Below, in pieces: positions 24,547 to 36,406 of a stretch of 64,000 bases of DNA. Numbering within the stretch: position 1 is the stretch's first letter; every line of letters starts with the position of its first letter. This DNA comes from Fistulifera solaris (Eukaryota), in contig AP026164.1 in the NCBI GenBank assembly GCA_030295235.1, positions 434,001-498,000 of the forward strand, written 5' to 3'. The notes beneath the pieces are model-generated. The model saw only the letters and a program-made list of their open reading frames with translations. It was not told the origin of the DNA and did no database searches. Both the position numbers and the translations under genes were made by a program.

Positions 24547-26965
24547 TTATAAATGCGGTTCTTTTGGGGGGTGAAAGTGAAACTCTTCACCCGAAGCGCT
24601 GCTAGTGCTCTTCCGCTCTTCATAGCCTGTAACAACTCCTTTGCCGCTTGCGATGCACTGGGCTCGGTAATCTAAAACACCCGATTTCCAGTTTCCTTCG
24701 TGAAGATACCTCAAGTAATTGTCCAGAAGCTCCGAACCTGCCTTGATGTCGTATATGGTCTTGTCGCCTGCTGTTATAATCCTCATGTTATTGCGGTCAA
24801 TAAAGGGATTGTAAACATGAGTTTCGGTGCTATAGTTTTCCAACTCAGCTGGCATGCGCTCCAGGTCAACAGTCATTTCGGTTGAGATTAGTGGCTTTCC
24901 CTCACCCATCACGCCAGTGCCATTACAACCGTGATTAATGAAAGTCAGTATTCCCGTATCAACTAAGTAGCCAGCTTTTCCAAAGTATTCAAACGCAAAC
25001 CCATAACCGAATAAGTATGTGTAGAAGAGGCTTGAGTATTGTAGAAACTCTGACGAGTCCAAGTATTCGATCATTTTATTCACTAGGGACGTTGTGCTGG
25101 GATAGAAAAGGATATCGTAGACTGATTCGTCCGCGGCAATGAAAGTGCCTTTTGCCACATCCGTTTGAAAAAATATACCCCGTCCGGCCCCGGGTATCCG
25201 ACTGACTCCTACAGCGAACAAGGAAATAGGAGCATTTGGAACGTCGGGGTCAAATCCGTGTCCTTCGTCGCACATGAATGGCTTCTGTGCTTGATTGCAA
25301 AATTCATCTTCCACCAGACGTGACGGAAGTTGATAGGTCATCATAGTCGCATCGTCAAACCAGTACATGATCGGAATATCATTGGATACAGTCTTGATGA
25401 GGCTCCTTTGCATTCTGATATGCAATTCAGCAGCGCTGGTAAACCAGAGTGCCCTTGTTTCTATATTATGGAAACAAGCAATGAAAGATAGACGATCCAA
25501 GTGAACAAACTCTTCGTAGCGCTGAATGGCTTCGAAACCGACTTCAGCCAAGATCCCAAAGATTGTTTGCGCGATGTTACTTCCCAAATCATCATGAGGG
25601 ATAACGAGAACCCCGTTTGTCGACAACATATCCGATATATTGTCAAGTATCTCTTTGGTGATTTCTGGCGAGCTCCAGAGCGAGTGACTACAAAGAAACG
25701 GATCGGCAGATAAGTTACATGATAGCAGTGCAGTGAAAAAGCTTACACCATGACACATAGATCATTTCTTGCACTCCTCACCTTTTTTCAAATATAATAA
25801 CATCAAAGAGATCGTCCGGAGTAGTGTCGCTATCGTCGTCATCGTCGCCTAATAGCCATTCCAAAGCCGTCTCACCTGAAATTAATTCGACTCGTGCATC
25901 ATCGTTGCAATACGGGGTGATACCCTCTAAAAAATTACTGCAGTCGCTATGTTCAGGATATAGCTTCTTATTCACCTGAAAGGTCTCGTCATCAGTTCCG
26001 ATAATGACGACCTTTTCCACCGTCTTGTGCTTCAGGACTTCGCGTAATGTGCCTCCAATCTCCTCTCCGATAATCACGACTCTTTTAGGATCATCATGGG
26101 AGAACATTATGGGGTGAACGAGCGCTTCAAAGTAAATTTGATCGTAATGCTGCTGTAGAATATCGCCATTGACAACTGATCGAGGAGCTGATGCCGGTTT
26201 AAAATGGACACCGTTAGTGTCGGATGAAACTTCAGCGCTGCCCACACTTTTGGTGTCATCTGCCATCGATGAAAGCGATGGCGAGTACGCCATCCAGGTG
26301 AGTTTGCTAGAGTTTCTTTGCTTGAATGACCAGAGCAATGAAGGCTTATTCGAGGTCATTGAAGCACCAAATACCTCGTTTGCAAGCGGCACAACCGAGT
26401 TCCATGGATCGTTAAGCTTGCATAAAACGTTAATTGACAAAATTCCCAATTTCGGCCATGTATACAAGGATATGGTTTCTGATCCAGCATATCCCATGCA
26501 TCTCACGCCTTTGTTTGATGAAGCTCGGTGACATTCGTACATGAAGGCGTCGATGATTCCCAAATTTTTGACGAACGTTAAGAACCCAAACTCGACAGCT
26601 TTCTCGGAGTCAAGAAAGACAGAATCAAGATCTTCCAAATCAACCAGAACTTGTTGCGGGCCTGAAGAAAGTCGTTTTGCATTATTCATCAAATTTTTCT
26701 GTGCGTCCTTACTCGGATTTTCCTCGGCCGCATTACCGGCGTAGAGTTCGCTCAAATAGGTATTCCACTTGATGATCGAAAGACTGGAGTGAGAGGAATC
26801 GGAAAACTTTGAGGGAACGAAGTAAGTCTTGAAAGCTTCACTGACTGCAATCGGCAGATACTCATGATAAGCGGACACCAAAGTCGTCGAGAAGTACCCC
26901 GCCGTGAACGCAAGCAGGCACGGGCCTACCACCGAAGTAATGAGAAGGTATAAAGAAAGATTCAT
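24547..26965 (-). CDS. Fusion of AdoMet decarboxylase-like, spermidine/spermine synthase-like and SET domains (diatom long-chain-polyamine-type fusion); 2 exons
   Basis: N-terminal hydrophobic anchor; QQVLVDL...FLDSE...ISLYTWP (prokaryotic-type AdoMetDC-like); YFEALVHPIMFSHDDPKRVVIIG...TLREVLKHKTVEKV...FDVII (aminopropyltransferase-like); GAGRGIF, FINHGCN and IKAGSELLDNY (SET). A GTGAGG...TAG intron at 25781-25688 joins the two ORFs in frame. Confidence 0.85.
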
Positions 26966-27487
26966 TCTATCACGTTAGCTCAACACCATATCTCTTGTTT
27001 AAAATGCTACAGCATCAGGTTTTTTTCTGTTTGAAAAGGTGCCTTGTAACTTGTAACGCAAGTTCTCATTTCGCGAAAGGATTGCGTCGCACTTTCTCAC
27101 CTTCAACCTCGGAAACGGCGCTAAAATTCTGCGGCAATGTGGACTCTACGTAGTTTTTTTGTACTGGAGGCCGAATTTTAACGTCGTTTCCCCGCAATCT
27201 CAACGCGAAGCCGTTGTGAACACCGAACCGAAGCAGAATACAGAAAAGTGCCATTGGTACACTTTGTATCGGTCTAGCCTCAAATTGGTGTTATAAAAAT
27301 TACTCCCGGTAATACGGAGTAGCACATTACTCTTTGAATACGAAACGCGCACGGTTCTAACTAAGAGCTCAACGGACAGTTTAAAAATTTGTTTCGTTCG
27401 CAATAAGATTTCGATTTCTTTCCCTTTCTAAAACTGTAATTGAATTTATTGATGCTTTTTAATGATAATGAGGAAATCGCATTGACA

Positions 27488-29827
27488 TTAATCATCTTTA
27501 TCTGAAGGCTCAAGATCATCGTAGAAGCGAATGGAGAGAAGTAGCGTTGCGCCGCTGGTGACGGCAAAGCAAACGAACGTTCGATTGAGCAGGTTTTCCA
27601 TTCCCTCCTTCCCAAAGAGAGACAACAAGACGTCGCCCACCGCCCTTCCCGCGGTTCCTGCTTCTGTAGCCAGTAGACCTACGTTAAAGATACCTTGGCT
27701 CCATCGTTTTGGGATTGTCTTTGACAGTAAACTCATGTTCGGACCTTCCAATGCATTCGAACTTACGAACATGACAAACGTCCCGATTGCATATTGCAGA
27801 ACCGAGTACTGCGCTGAATACCTGATCACGACAACACAACCCAAGCACATGCAAAGCTGCATGAGAATAATCAACTCTCGATCATCATACCTTCGAGCCA
27901 AGAGGGAAACTACCAGGTTTGCTGGGAGCATTGATAAGCCCAAGGAGGCAAGATAGACACCGCTGATGCTGCTGTTCCAGTCAAAGTAATACTCCGTCAA
28001 TGTAGCCGACGAACTCAAAACGGCTTCAAGAATAAGTTTAAGAACAAAGTAAATCAAGAAAGTAGTCATGACGGGAATATTGTTCCATATTGGAGCTTCA
28101 TCTTCGAAACTGGAAGCAACAACTCCTTTGGATCGGTCCCTCGACTGAATCAAAGGAGTCTCCTCGTTGTTCGTGCCGACATCCTTTTTTGTGGTTGAAG
28201 TGTTCCTCTTGGGAGGGTCTCGGAACCATACGATTAAAGCAATTAGGTATACTCCCCACACAATCATCATGACCCAGCCTGGTGCATTTTCGGCTTGCCA
28301 GAATCGACTATCAGAGTCGTCGGGGCTGACTGTATTCAAAATCGAGGCGATCAAAGGACCAGCAGCCATTCCCAGTGCCCCAGCCGTAACAAAGGCAGCC
28401 GATGCTGCGGTGCGTTCTTTCCGAGAAAAGCGGTCAGCAATATAGCGTCGGTTAATCGATCGGGCGCTTCCAAAACCATTCATTAGACGCCCAATCATCA
28501 CGATGTGCAAGGAGTCGCACGGCAAGCCCGCGGCGTAAAAGATGTTGCCGACGAAACTGCACGAACTAGCAAAGATCAAAGCATGTTTGTATGAGTGATT
28601 GGTCCACCATGAGAACAAGATAGTCGAAACAAGGGCGGCGACCGGCGTCATACCAATAATCAGGGAAGCCATGGAAGGATCCCCGCCCAGCTTTCGCGCG
28701 TAGCTAGCGGACGTTGGCGCCACAATGTAGTAGTTCGTCATGTACAAAAACGTCGATAGGAGATTGAGAAAGTCCGACATGGGCGTAGCTGCCACGTATT
28801 CGTCCTCTTCTCCTTGCTCTAACATTTGTGGGTATTCGTCGATTAGCAACGTGTTCGCCAACATGCCAACAAAACTACTTGATTCCTCTAGTCTATTTCG
28901 AGCTGCTTGAATACGAAGTAAGATAAGTTCGTTTGATGTTCGCTTGTGTACAAAACTGGGATCCCACAGGAAGGTACGTTGCATTGAGCCTATCGAACTA
29001 GAACTTAGCGCAGTTCCATGGGCGTCCTGTAGTTTCGATGAACACGCTGGCGTCCAGGAAAGGCGCGGGGCTTTTTTCGCTGTTGGACGCGGAATATTGT
29101 GTGGACCCGAAACGATGTCAGCCAGTAATGTAGGATCTGAACTTAAGCGCTGGTGTTGAGGCACTTTGCGAACTGTTTGCGGGACGCTCATCAAAAGCAT
29201 GTCAGCTGTCTGTTGTCGATTCCATGCTAATTCGAGAAAGCCTCCCTCAAGAATTGTTGTCAAGGCACCCAAGGTATGATCTTGTACTAGCAAGGGCTCT
29301 ACCAGACGGCTTCCGCGTAATCGAACCCTGCCACTTCTATTAAGAAAAAATGCCTTCGAAAGTTTGACGGACATGCATTTGTCGTGTTTTTTTAGGATCT
29401 TTCGGATTCCCGTCACATTCAAATCAAGGAACTGTACCAGTCGCAATATTTTCTCTCCTGCCTGCTGATAGCCTTTAAGAATTTCATTGAATTCGTCTTC
29501 TGTCGTCGCAGTATGTGCTCTATGACGACAGGTCAACAACTCCGTCGCAATCCGACCTTGTTCTTGCACAATAAAAAGGAGCATTTTCTCTAGTTGAACG
29601 TGAAACACGCCTAAGAATTCAGCTGTTACAGGATGATGCTTCATAGATGACGTGAAAGGCAGGCTACTAGTCATGGAATAGTCGGCATGTGAATCGCTGT
29701 CCGCATGATTCGAGTAAAGAGAGTCGCGGCTTGATTTTTCGAGGACATCTTTCAACTGCTCGTAGTCCAAGTAATAGGAAACCCACGGGCCGTACTGCTG
29801 ATCCAGTAGTTTTTGACCGAACTTCAT
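27488..29827 (-). CDS. SPX-MFS protein (vacuolar phosphate transporter, VPT/PHT5-like)
   Basis: MKFG...YLDYEQLK and LNVTGIRKILKKHDK (SPX), followed by MFS helices (TFLYMTNYYIVAPT, GRLMNGFGSARSINRRYIAD). Confidence 0.92.
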   Translation of the reverse strand: MKFGQKLLDQQYGPWVSYYLDYEQLKDVLEKSSRDSLYSNHADSDSHADYSMTSSLPFTSSMKHHPVTAEFLGVFHVQLEKMLLFIVQEQGRIATELLTCRHRAHTATTEDEFNEILKGYQQAGEKILRLVQFLDLNVTGIRKILKKHDKCMSVKLSKAFFLNRSGRVRLRGSRLVEPLLVQDHTLGALTTILEGGFLELAWNRQQTADMLLMSVPQTVRKVPQHQRLSSDPTLLADIVSGPHNIPRPTAKKAPRLSWTPACSSKLQDAHGTALSSSSIGSMQRTFLWDPSFVHKRTSNELILLRIQAARNRLEESSSFVGMLANTLLIDEYPQMLEQGEEDEYVAATPMSDFLNLLSTFLYMTNYYIVAPTSASYARKLGGDPSMASLIIGMTPVAALVSTILFSWWTNHSYKHALIFASSCSFVGNIFYAAGLPCDSLHIVMIGRLMNGFGSARSINRRYIADRFSRKERTAASAAFVTAGALGMAAGPLIASILNTVSPDDSDSRFWQAENAPGWVMMIVWGVYLIALIVWFRDPPKRNTSTTKKDVGTNNEETPLIQSRDRSKGVVASSFEDEAPIWNNIPVMTTFLIYFVLKLILEAVLSSSATLTEYYFDWNSSISGVYLASLGLSMLPANLVVSLLARRYDDRELIILMQLCMCLGCVVVIRYSAQYSVLQYAIGTFVMFVSSNALEGPNMSLLSKTIPKRWSQGIFNVGLLATEAGTAGRAVGDVLLSLFGKEGMENLLNRTFVCFAVTSGATLLLSIRFYDDLEPSDKDD

Positions 29828-30136
29828 CGCCAGCCTTGAGTTCGTTCACAGGAGTGATAAAACAATGATTGATTTTATAAATGAATCTTTATTTGAAGAA
29901 AAGATGCACATGGCAATACGAAAAGTATAGGTAACCTTATTGTAATTCAATACTCATCGCAGCCAAGGTAAAACGGGCAACGGACAAACTCCGCCGATGT
30001 CAACTGCCAACTGCCAACGTCACAAAACGAGAAGTGATGAATTATGACATCAGTGTTCACAAAATCGTTGCAAACAGCAAAAACTCGTCGTCCTAGTCGG
30101 CACAAATCAAATATCGTCATCTCTCTCAAAACTATC

Positions 30137-30856
30137 ATGATGCTATTATCGACTCCATCGGTTATCGGTGTTTCGCTTCTCATTGGGGCTGTGAAATCCT
30201 TGACGATTCCTTTCCCTCATCTTCGACCAACTGCCAACAAAGTTGTAACGGCGTTGAAGGAAAAGAAGGTGCAGCCCTTCCAAGTAAACGCGCGTACTTA
30301 TATCGCAGCAGCTGCTCTCTGCACAACTGTTCTAGCAACACCGCTGGCACCGGCGCGGGCGGCAGAATCGCAAGTGATCGGTCAGATTACGGGGTCGGGT
30401 CTTGTATTCAAAGACACACTTCAAGTCGAATCCTTTGAAGATCCCAAAGTTCGTGGTGTCACACTTTATATCAGCAACTTTCAAAGACCCATCAATGAGC
30501 GTCTTTCTTCGGCCAAAAATTTCTTTTCAGATCCATCGTCGGCGGCGGTCGCTTGTGCTCGGACCGGACAGAAGGTGATAGTCGCGGACAACATCAATAC
30601 AACTCCCGCCGGTGAAGAAGTATTCAAAGAATCAAAAAGTCTTCTTTTCAAATCTTTAAAGGTGCAAAGAATCTTCGACATGGATCACAACACTGTCATT
30701 TACGTTTCATTCAATACACGAATGGACAAGAACGATGACGACAACAAATCGAGATTCCAGAACTCATTGTGTGCGGTAAATCTGGATAATTACGGAATGG
30801 AACCATCAGTTGTGGGTACGAAGGAAGCGCCAGTATCAGCTACACCAGTACCTTAA
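30137..30856 (+). CDS. CreA-family protein with targeting presequence
   Basis: VESFEDPKVRGVTLYIS, DPSSAAVAC, EEVFKESKSLLFKSLKVQRIFD...TVIYV and SLCAV match bacterial CreA. Long N-terminal presequence. Confidence 0.8.
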   Translation: MMLLSTPSVIGVSLLIGAVKSLTIPFPHLRPTANKVVTALKEKKVQPFQVNARTYIAAAALCTTVLATPLAPARAAESQVIGQITGSGLVFKDTLQVESFEDPKVRGVTLYISNFQRPINERLSSAKNFFSDPSSAAVACARTGQKVIVADNINTTPAGEEVFKESKSLLFKSLKVQRIFDMDHNTVIYVSFNTRMDKNDDDNKSRFQNSLCAVNLDNYGMEPSVVGTKEAPVSATPVP

Positions 30857-32447
30857 ATTTCAAGTCACTTCAAAGGTCAAGGAAAACGATCAAGAGTATA
30901 TCTAATCATGAATCGTTTTTTTGCTTTACATGCAGCTACACTTTAGAATTGTGTTGAATGATATGTCATAAAATGAATCATAGTTGGCTTGTTCCGGAAG
31001 GAAAGCTGAATGTCTTTAGGCTTCGACGACGCGAATCATATCATTCCCGGAAATCATCAACCAGGATTATTGTCTGATGCACTGTCTTTACGACCCACTT
31101 CCACTCGTCCAGAATAGAGAACGTCGCACTGTTTTGGGATTGAGAAATAATGTGCCAAACACGTGCGGTTGGATGCGCCACTCGACATAATTTATTACGC
31201 CTATAACGTCGACGTTCCGTTGATACTTGTTACTACAGTAGTAGTCACAGTTTCGAGACAAGACTTAGAAATAGGGGCAATTTGACGCCTACTGTCTCAG
31301 TCCCTTTGTGGTCGGTCACGCCAAAGCCGATTCATTTTTGATCTTTGAATAATTTCGCCTTTTGCATAATATCGAAGGGGGCACGTGCGCCTAAAGAAGT
31401 TATCACCTTCTCTGATTTCGATCCTCGACAAGAAAGCTTTACGACGATGCAGACGAACTTCTTAGGAGCGCCTGCAAATGCCAATCGGCAAGATAACTTT
31501 CACGCGTAAGTGCTGACTTCAAGTGTAAGCTGGACGCTCATCCCAGTTACTGCGAAGCAAATCATGGATGCGATCTTGGTTGCGTCCACGTTGAAATTTC
31601 TTTGACCATGGGTTCAGATGCTTCTGATATCCCTTTGGGATCATACATTGGATTGGATCAAGCATTGAGGTGCGGCAGTCTACAACGAAGGTGGTTCAAC
31701 AGCTCTCGCGACTCAACTACAAACTCCAAACCATGGAGAATTTTATTAGTCACTCTGTCGCTCCTATGTGTATCGAAGATTATGCCGGCATGATGGACCC
31801 TTTCCACCCTGAACTCTCTCCTTTTGTGAAGACTACGACTTTTGATGGTTTGTTCTGTGAGAAAGCGTTTCATGTTTGGAACGAAAGAGACCTCCGCACT
31901 TGTCGAGCCATGCTTCTCTACAGCCAAGACAGCGGCTGTATGTGAATCCCGGCCGTTGCGCTTTTTCTTCTGGTGTCTAAATGCAATCAATCAGTCGATG
32001 ATTTTTCAAATAATGAGCGAGTTTCCTTCTGGTGGGAGAAGGAAAACCGGGCGACGTACCGGTACAGTGACACGTAATAAGAAGTTTCCGTTGTCCTTTG
32101 GAAGGTGGTGTGAGGTACTACTACTTTGTACGGACTATGACAATTTACTCGATATGATTTATAGTTTTTGATTTTTTTGTTCGTTGAGCATTCCACTATA
32201 ATCGTTTATGTACAAGTGAGCGCGCATGGACGGTCTAATTAATAATTACCATTCTCTAGCCTCCACTCGGAAGTTCAGAGTGGTCTAAAGTTTCTTTCAA
32301 AAATAAATGACTTCTGGCGTGAATGAGATCTCTGTTCGTTGGTGTTCCGTGGTGGATGGTTCTCATTTCCAATCTTTCATGTTTCAAGGTGCCATTCGCA
32401 AAACAAGCAATGCAACGTAGATCTCAGACAGGATATATTGTTTAACA

Positions 32448-34863
32448 ATGATCACACGACGACTGCGAATCGTTTTCAGCGGGCTCACCGTCATCCCACT
32501 TCTCCGTGCTTGGCCGAGCGGCATCGTTCCGGTGCATTCAGGCAAAAAGACGGTGCTACTCACCGGGGGCGCTGGCTTCGTGGGGAGCCATGTGGCCGAA
32601 TTGCTTCTAGATCGAGGCGATGATGTTGTTATTGTAGATGAAATGAATGACTACTACGACACGGCAATCAAAGAGTCAAATTTGCGCACTCTAATTGAGA
32701 AATATGGTGACCAGCGACTGAAAATATATCGTGACGATTTATGCAATGCATCCATGTTGGCTCAGCTTTTTGAGACGGAGAAGCCAGAATGGCTTGTTCA
32801 CCTCGCTGCTAGAGCCGGTGTAAGATCTTCCATTGAAGACCCCTTTCTTTATGTTCATTCGAATGTGAGAGCAACGGCTAACTTATTGCAATTCAGTCAA
32901 AAGCACGGCGTACGAAATTTTGTCTTCGCTAGTTCGTCTTCGGTTTATGGTGGATCGAAGTCCACTTTTTCGACGAAACAGAGAATGTGAATCGGCCGAT
33001 CAGTCCCTACGCGGCCACGAAGAAGGCGGGGGAACTTCTGCTATATACGTATCATCACCTGTATGGACTCAATACGACGGCCTTGCGATTCTTTACCGTT
33101 TACGGTCCCCGTGGACGTCCCGATATGGCTCCTTTCAAGTTCATTGACAGCGTCAGCAAAGGCGAAGCGGTTCAACAATTCGGGGACGGATCGAGTAGTC
33201 GAGATTACACATACGTTGAAGATATCGCAAAGGGGTCCTTTTGGCCCTCGACCGTCCTTATCCCTACGAGATCTTCAACCTTGGCAAAGGTGATGGAACG
33301 AAACTTTCGGAATTTATCATGTTGGTGGAGAAATACGTGGGAAAGAAAGCAATTATTGAATACCTTCCCGATCAACCTGGTGACGTTCCTTTCACATGTG
33401 CGAATGTCACAAAGGCGCAAGCGTACCTGGGCTATCAACCAAATGTTACCATTGAGGAGGGCATTCGGCGTACAGCTGAATGGTACAAGGGTGTCTTTCC
33501 GGATACTCTATCGTCCAAGCAGCTTCGCGGGCTTGCAGCGAGATCAGAAGGTACTCGTAGACTAAGCAAAAGTCGCACTCGTTTTTCGAAGAGGAAGCCG
33601 ATCGGCTCTACTGAGACTGTGCCGTGGAACGATGTTCCACTGGTTGAACCACACACTGGCAAAAGACAGTCTTGCTTACCGGCGGTGCTGGTTTTATTGG
33701 AAGCCACGTTGCCGAGCAACTTTTAGCTCGAGGAGATGATGTGATAATCGTCGATGAGGTGAACGATTACTACGATTTGTCAATCAAAGAATCCAATTTA
33801 CAAATGATTGTGGGCAAGTACGGCACGAGCAGAGTGCAGATATATCGCGCAGATGTTTGCGACAAGGATATGATGCAGCAGATTTTCGAGACGCACCGTC
33901 CGGAATGGATAGTTCACCTAGCGGCTAGAGCCGGAGTCCGACCCTCTATTCAAGACCCATTGCTCTATGTTCATTCGAATGTTGAAGGGACTTTGCGGCT
34001 GCTGGATCTCAGTCGCTTATATGGCATCAAGAACTTTGTTTTTGCGAGCTCTTCTTCTGTATATGGTGGTTCAACATCGACGTATTTCAATGAGGAAGAG
34101 GTCACTGACAATCCTATCTCGCCGTATGCAGCAACCAAGATTTCAAGTGAGCTCATGGCTTATACATATCATCATTTATATGGCTTGAACATAACTGGAC
34201 TTCGCTTCTTTACTGTCTTCGGTCCTAGAGGAAGGCCAGATATGGCCCCGTTCACCTTCATTGACAGAATTAGTCGCGGCAAAACAATACAACAGTTCGG
34301 CGATGGAACGAGTAGTCGTGATTACACGTATGTGGACGATATTGCTAATGGGGTTCTTCGTGCCTTAGATCGCCCATACCCGTATCAAATATTTAATCTT
34401 GGAAAAGGCAGTGGTACAAGTCTGTCGGAATTTGTTCGGACGGTCGAAAATTATATCGGGAAGTCTGCCAACATAGAAGTTCTCCCAGATCAACCTGGTG
34501 ACGTTCCAAGAACGTGTGCTGATGTCCGGAAAGCTGAACATTTGCTCGGCTATAAATCCCAAGTATCCTTTGATGAAGGTATTCGGCGGACGGTCGAATG
34601 GTATCAGCAAACATACCCTTTAGTGCGGGGGGAACGATACCGGATCATCACAGTCAGGTCTCTCGAGCTCGGCTGCCATCACCAATGTCCGCTCTGGTGC
34701 AGGATCTTCTGTTAAAGTAGAGTCTCGGTTTTCCGTTGACGATCTCTTTCTTTCCAATTGGCCTTGCTCCCTGGCATATGTTCAGTGGGCTCTGTTAGTC
34801 GCTTTCCTGATTCGCCGCTTCTGGCATAAGAACAAGCTGAGTTTTAATAAACACAGCTCATAA
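32448..34863 (+). CDS. Tandem double NAD-dependent epimerase (UDP-glucuronate 4-epimerase-like), probably one polypeptide with a C-terminal membrane anchor
   Basis: Two complete copies of TGGAGF(V/I)[51 protein letters not shown] and QPGDVP.T.A. Indels at about 32968, 33233, 33662 and 34630. Confidence 0.85.
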
Positions 34864-36406
34864 ACGAAAACCGCGCATTGTTTTGCAATGGTAAGAAACT
34901 ACTTTCCCATTTACATGGTACCATCGACGTGAACTGGAAATCTCAAGATATCGCTTCATCGACTTCATGCCTTTAACAAAGGTTGCTTCTCGACATTGAC
35001 AATTCAAGTTGTAATGAATACTGTAAGACTTTGCTGAACTTCAGGCCAATTTATGTTTTAATGTAAATCATATTTATGTGTTAACGTTTTGTATTGGGGC
35101 GATGCGAGTGAAACGAGAAATTCAAGTTGGAAGCAATGAAACGATCGACCCCTATCAGTATGTCGAATGGTAATGGCGACCTTATCCATAAATTTATTAG
35201 CAATCACTCGTATCATTGAGTATGGTTCAACGCATTTCTAAACAAAAGAACCACTAATTGTAGATTTTCGACTAATTTGATACCATGACCATAGCATCAA
35301 TTCTTCCATTCGACACGTATGACACGATTTCAATTCAACCGTCTGTGAGGGACTTTTTAAAATGAGATATGATTCCTTAAGCGCCTTTGTTAACTATTTT
35401 CTGCTGGAACAATTAGCGTTACCGCCTTCATCAAAAATCACACCACCTAAGTCATAACATGACTAAACTATACTTCAATCCCGGAAATGTCGACGACACT
35501 TATCAATTAAAAAATAGTCTAGCGAGAATTATTTCATAGTATTTGGGTGTAGAGAGCAACAATCATTTGATTTTCGTATATTTGCGTTGATGTAGGTTAT
35601 GTTGTTAGTTGTTACGGTGTTTTAAATGAATTCTGATGTGTTAGGGTTCGGAATGATATGTTGAGTCTTACACGGCTTAACGTTTATCTAGTGGTTCTCA
35701 TCTATTTGAACAGCCAAGGATCTTAGATTATCCTGGAATGGACTGGAATGGATGAGAACGTTTTATAACAGTTGGAGTTGAATAGATATGCGAACGCTAT
35801 CCGCTCAACTTCATCGGATGTTGTTCACAATTTGATAGTTTTGAATGATCGGTAAAATAGATGTTCATTACGGGGCCTGTACGTTGTACATCTCAAATTG
35901 TTTAGTTTGCCTTGTACGGGCAATTGGACACGACTAAACTGTGTTCGCAGTCCCGGAAATGTCCTCAGCATCATTTCGATTACCAGCCGGCACTCACATG
36001 TCTATACATGGAAACAGGTACAGTACAATGTCAGAAATATTTTGTACCGTTCCGTACCAGATGATCGTATCATAGAAAGTCATCTGGTAGGGTTTCTACA
36101 CACTGAACTTTGTCTGTGACAACAAAACTACTGGTACCAGGTAGCATTCACGTGCGCTGCATCAGCCACCTACCGCTACTACGTTTGCGTTAAAGCAACG
36201 AAAAGATCGACGGGCTCGCGAATACCGGTACCTGGTACGAGTTGATTCGCATTTGCAGCTTGCAGCCTTGCGCTTTGAGTATCGTTCGAGTAGCTCTTTT
36301 GCCATCGTCGCAGAAGTCAAAGTCCAAAAAGGAACTTCTGCACCTTGTCGTGTTGGCTCAGATCGTATCGAAAGCGCCACACAAAGTTTTGCTGATGCAT
36401 ACCCCG

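Noticed and set aside
31447..31945. Selenoprotein model (intron 31506-31617 gives an in-frame TGA at 31625 in ...HACF*YPFG...)
   Set aside because: No recognisable selenoprotein family context, no SECIS I could identify, and the splice acceptor is speculative.
5627..34863. Glycan/cell-wall biosynthetic gene cluster (sulfotransferase, polyamine fusion, epimerase)
   Set aside because: The genes are many kb apart and interleaved with unrelated housekeeping genes, with no sign of co-regulation.
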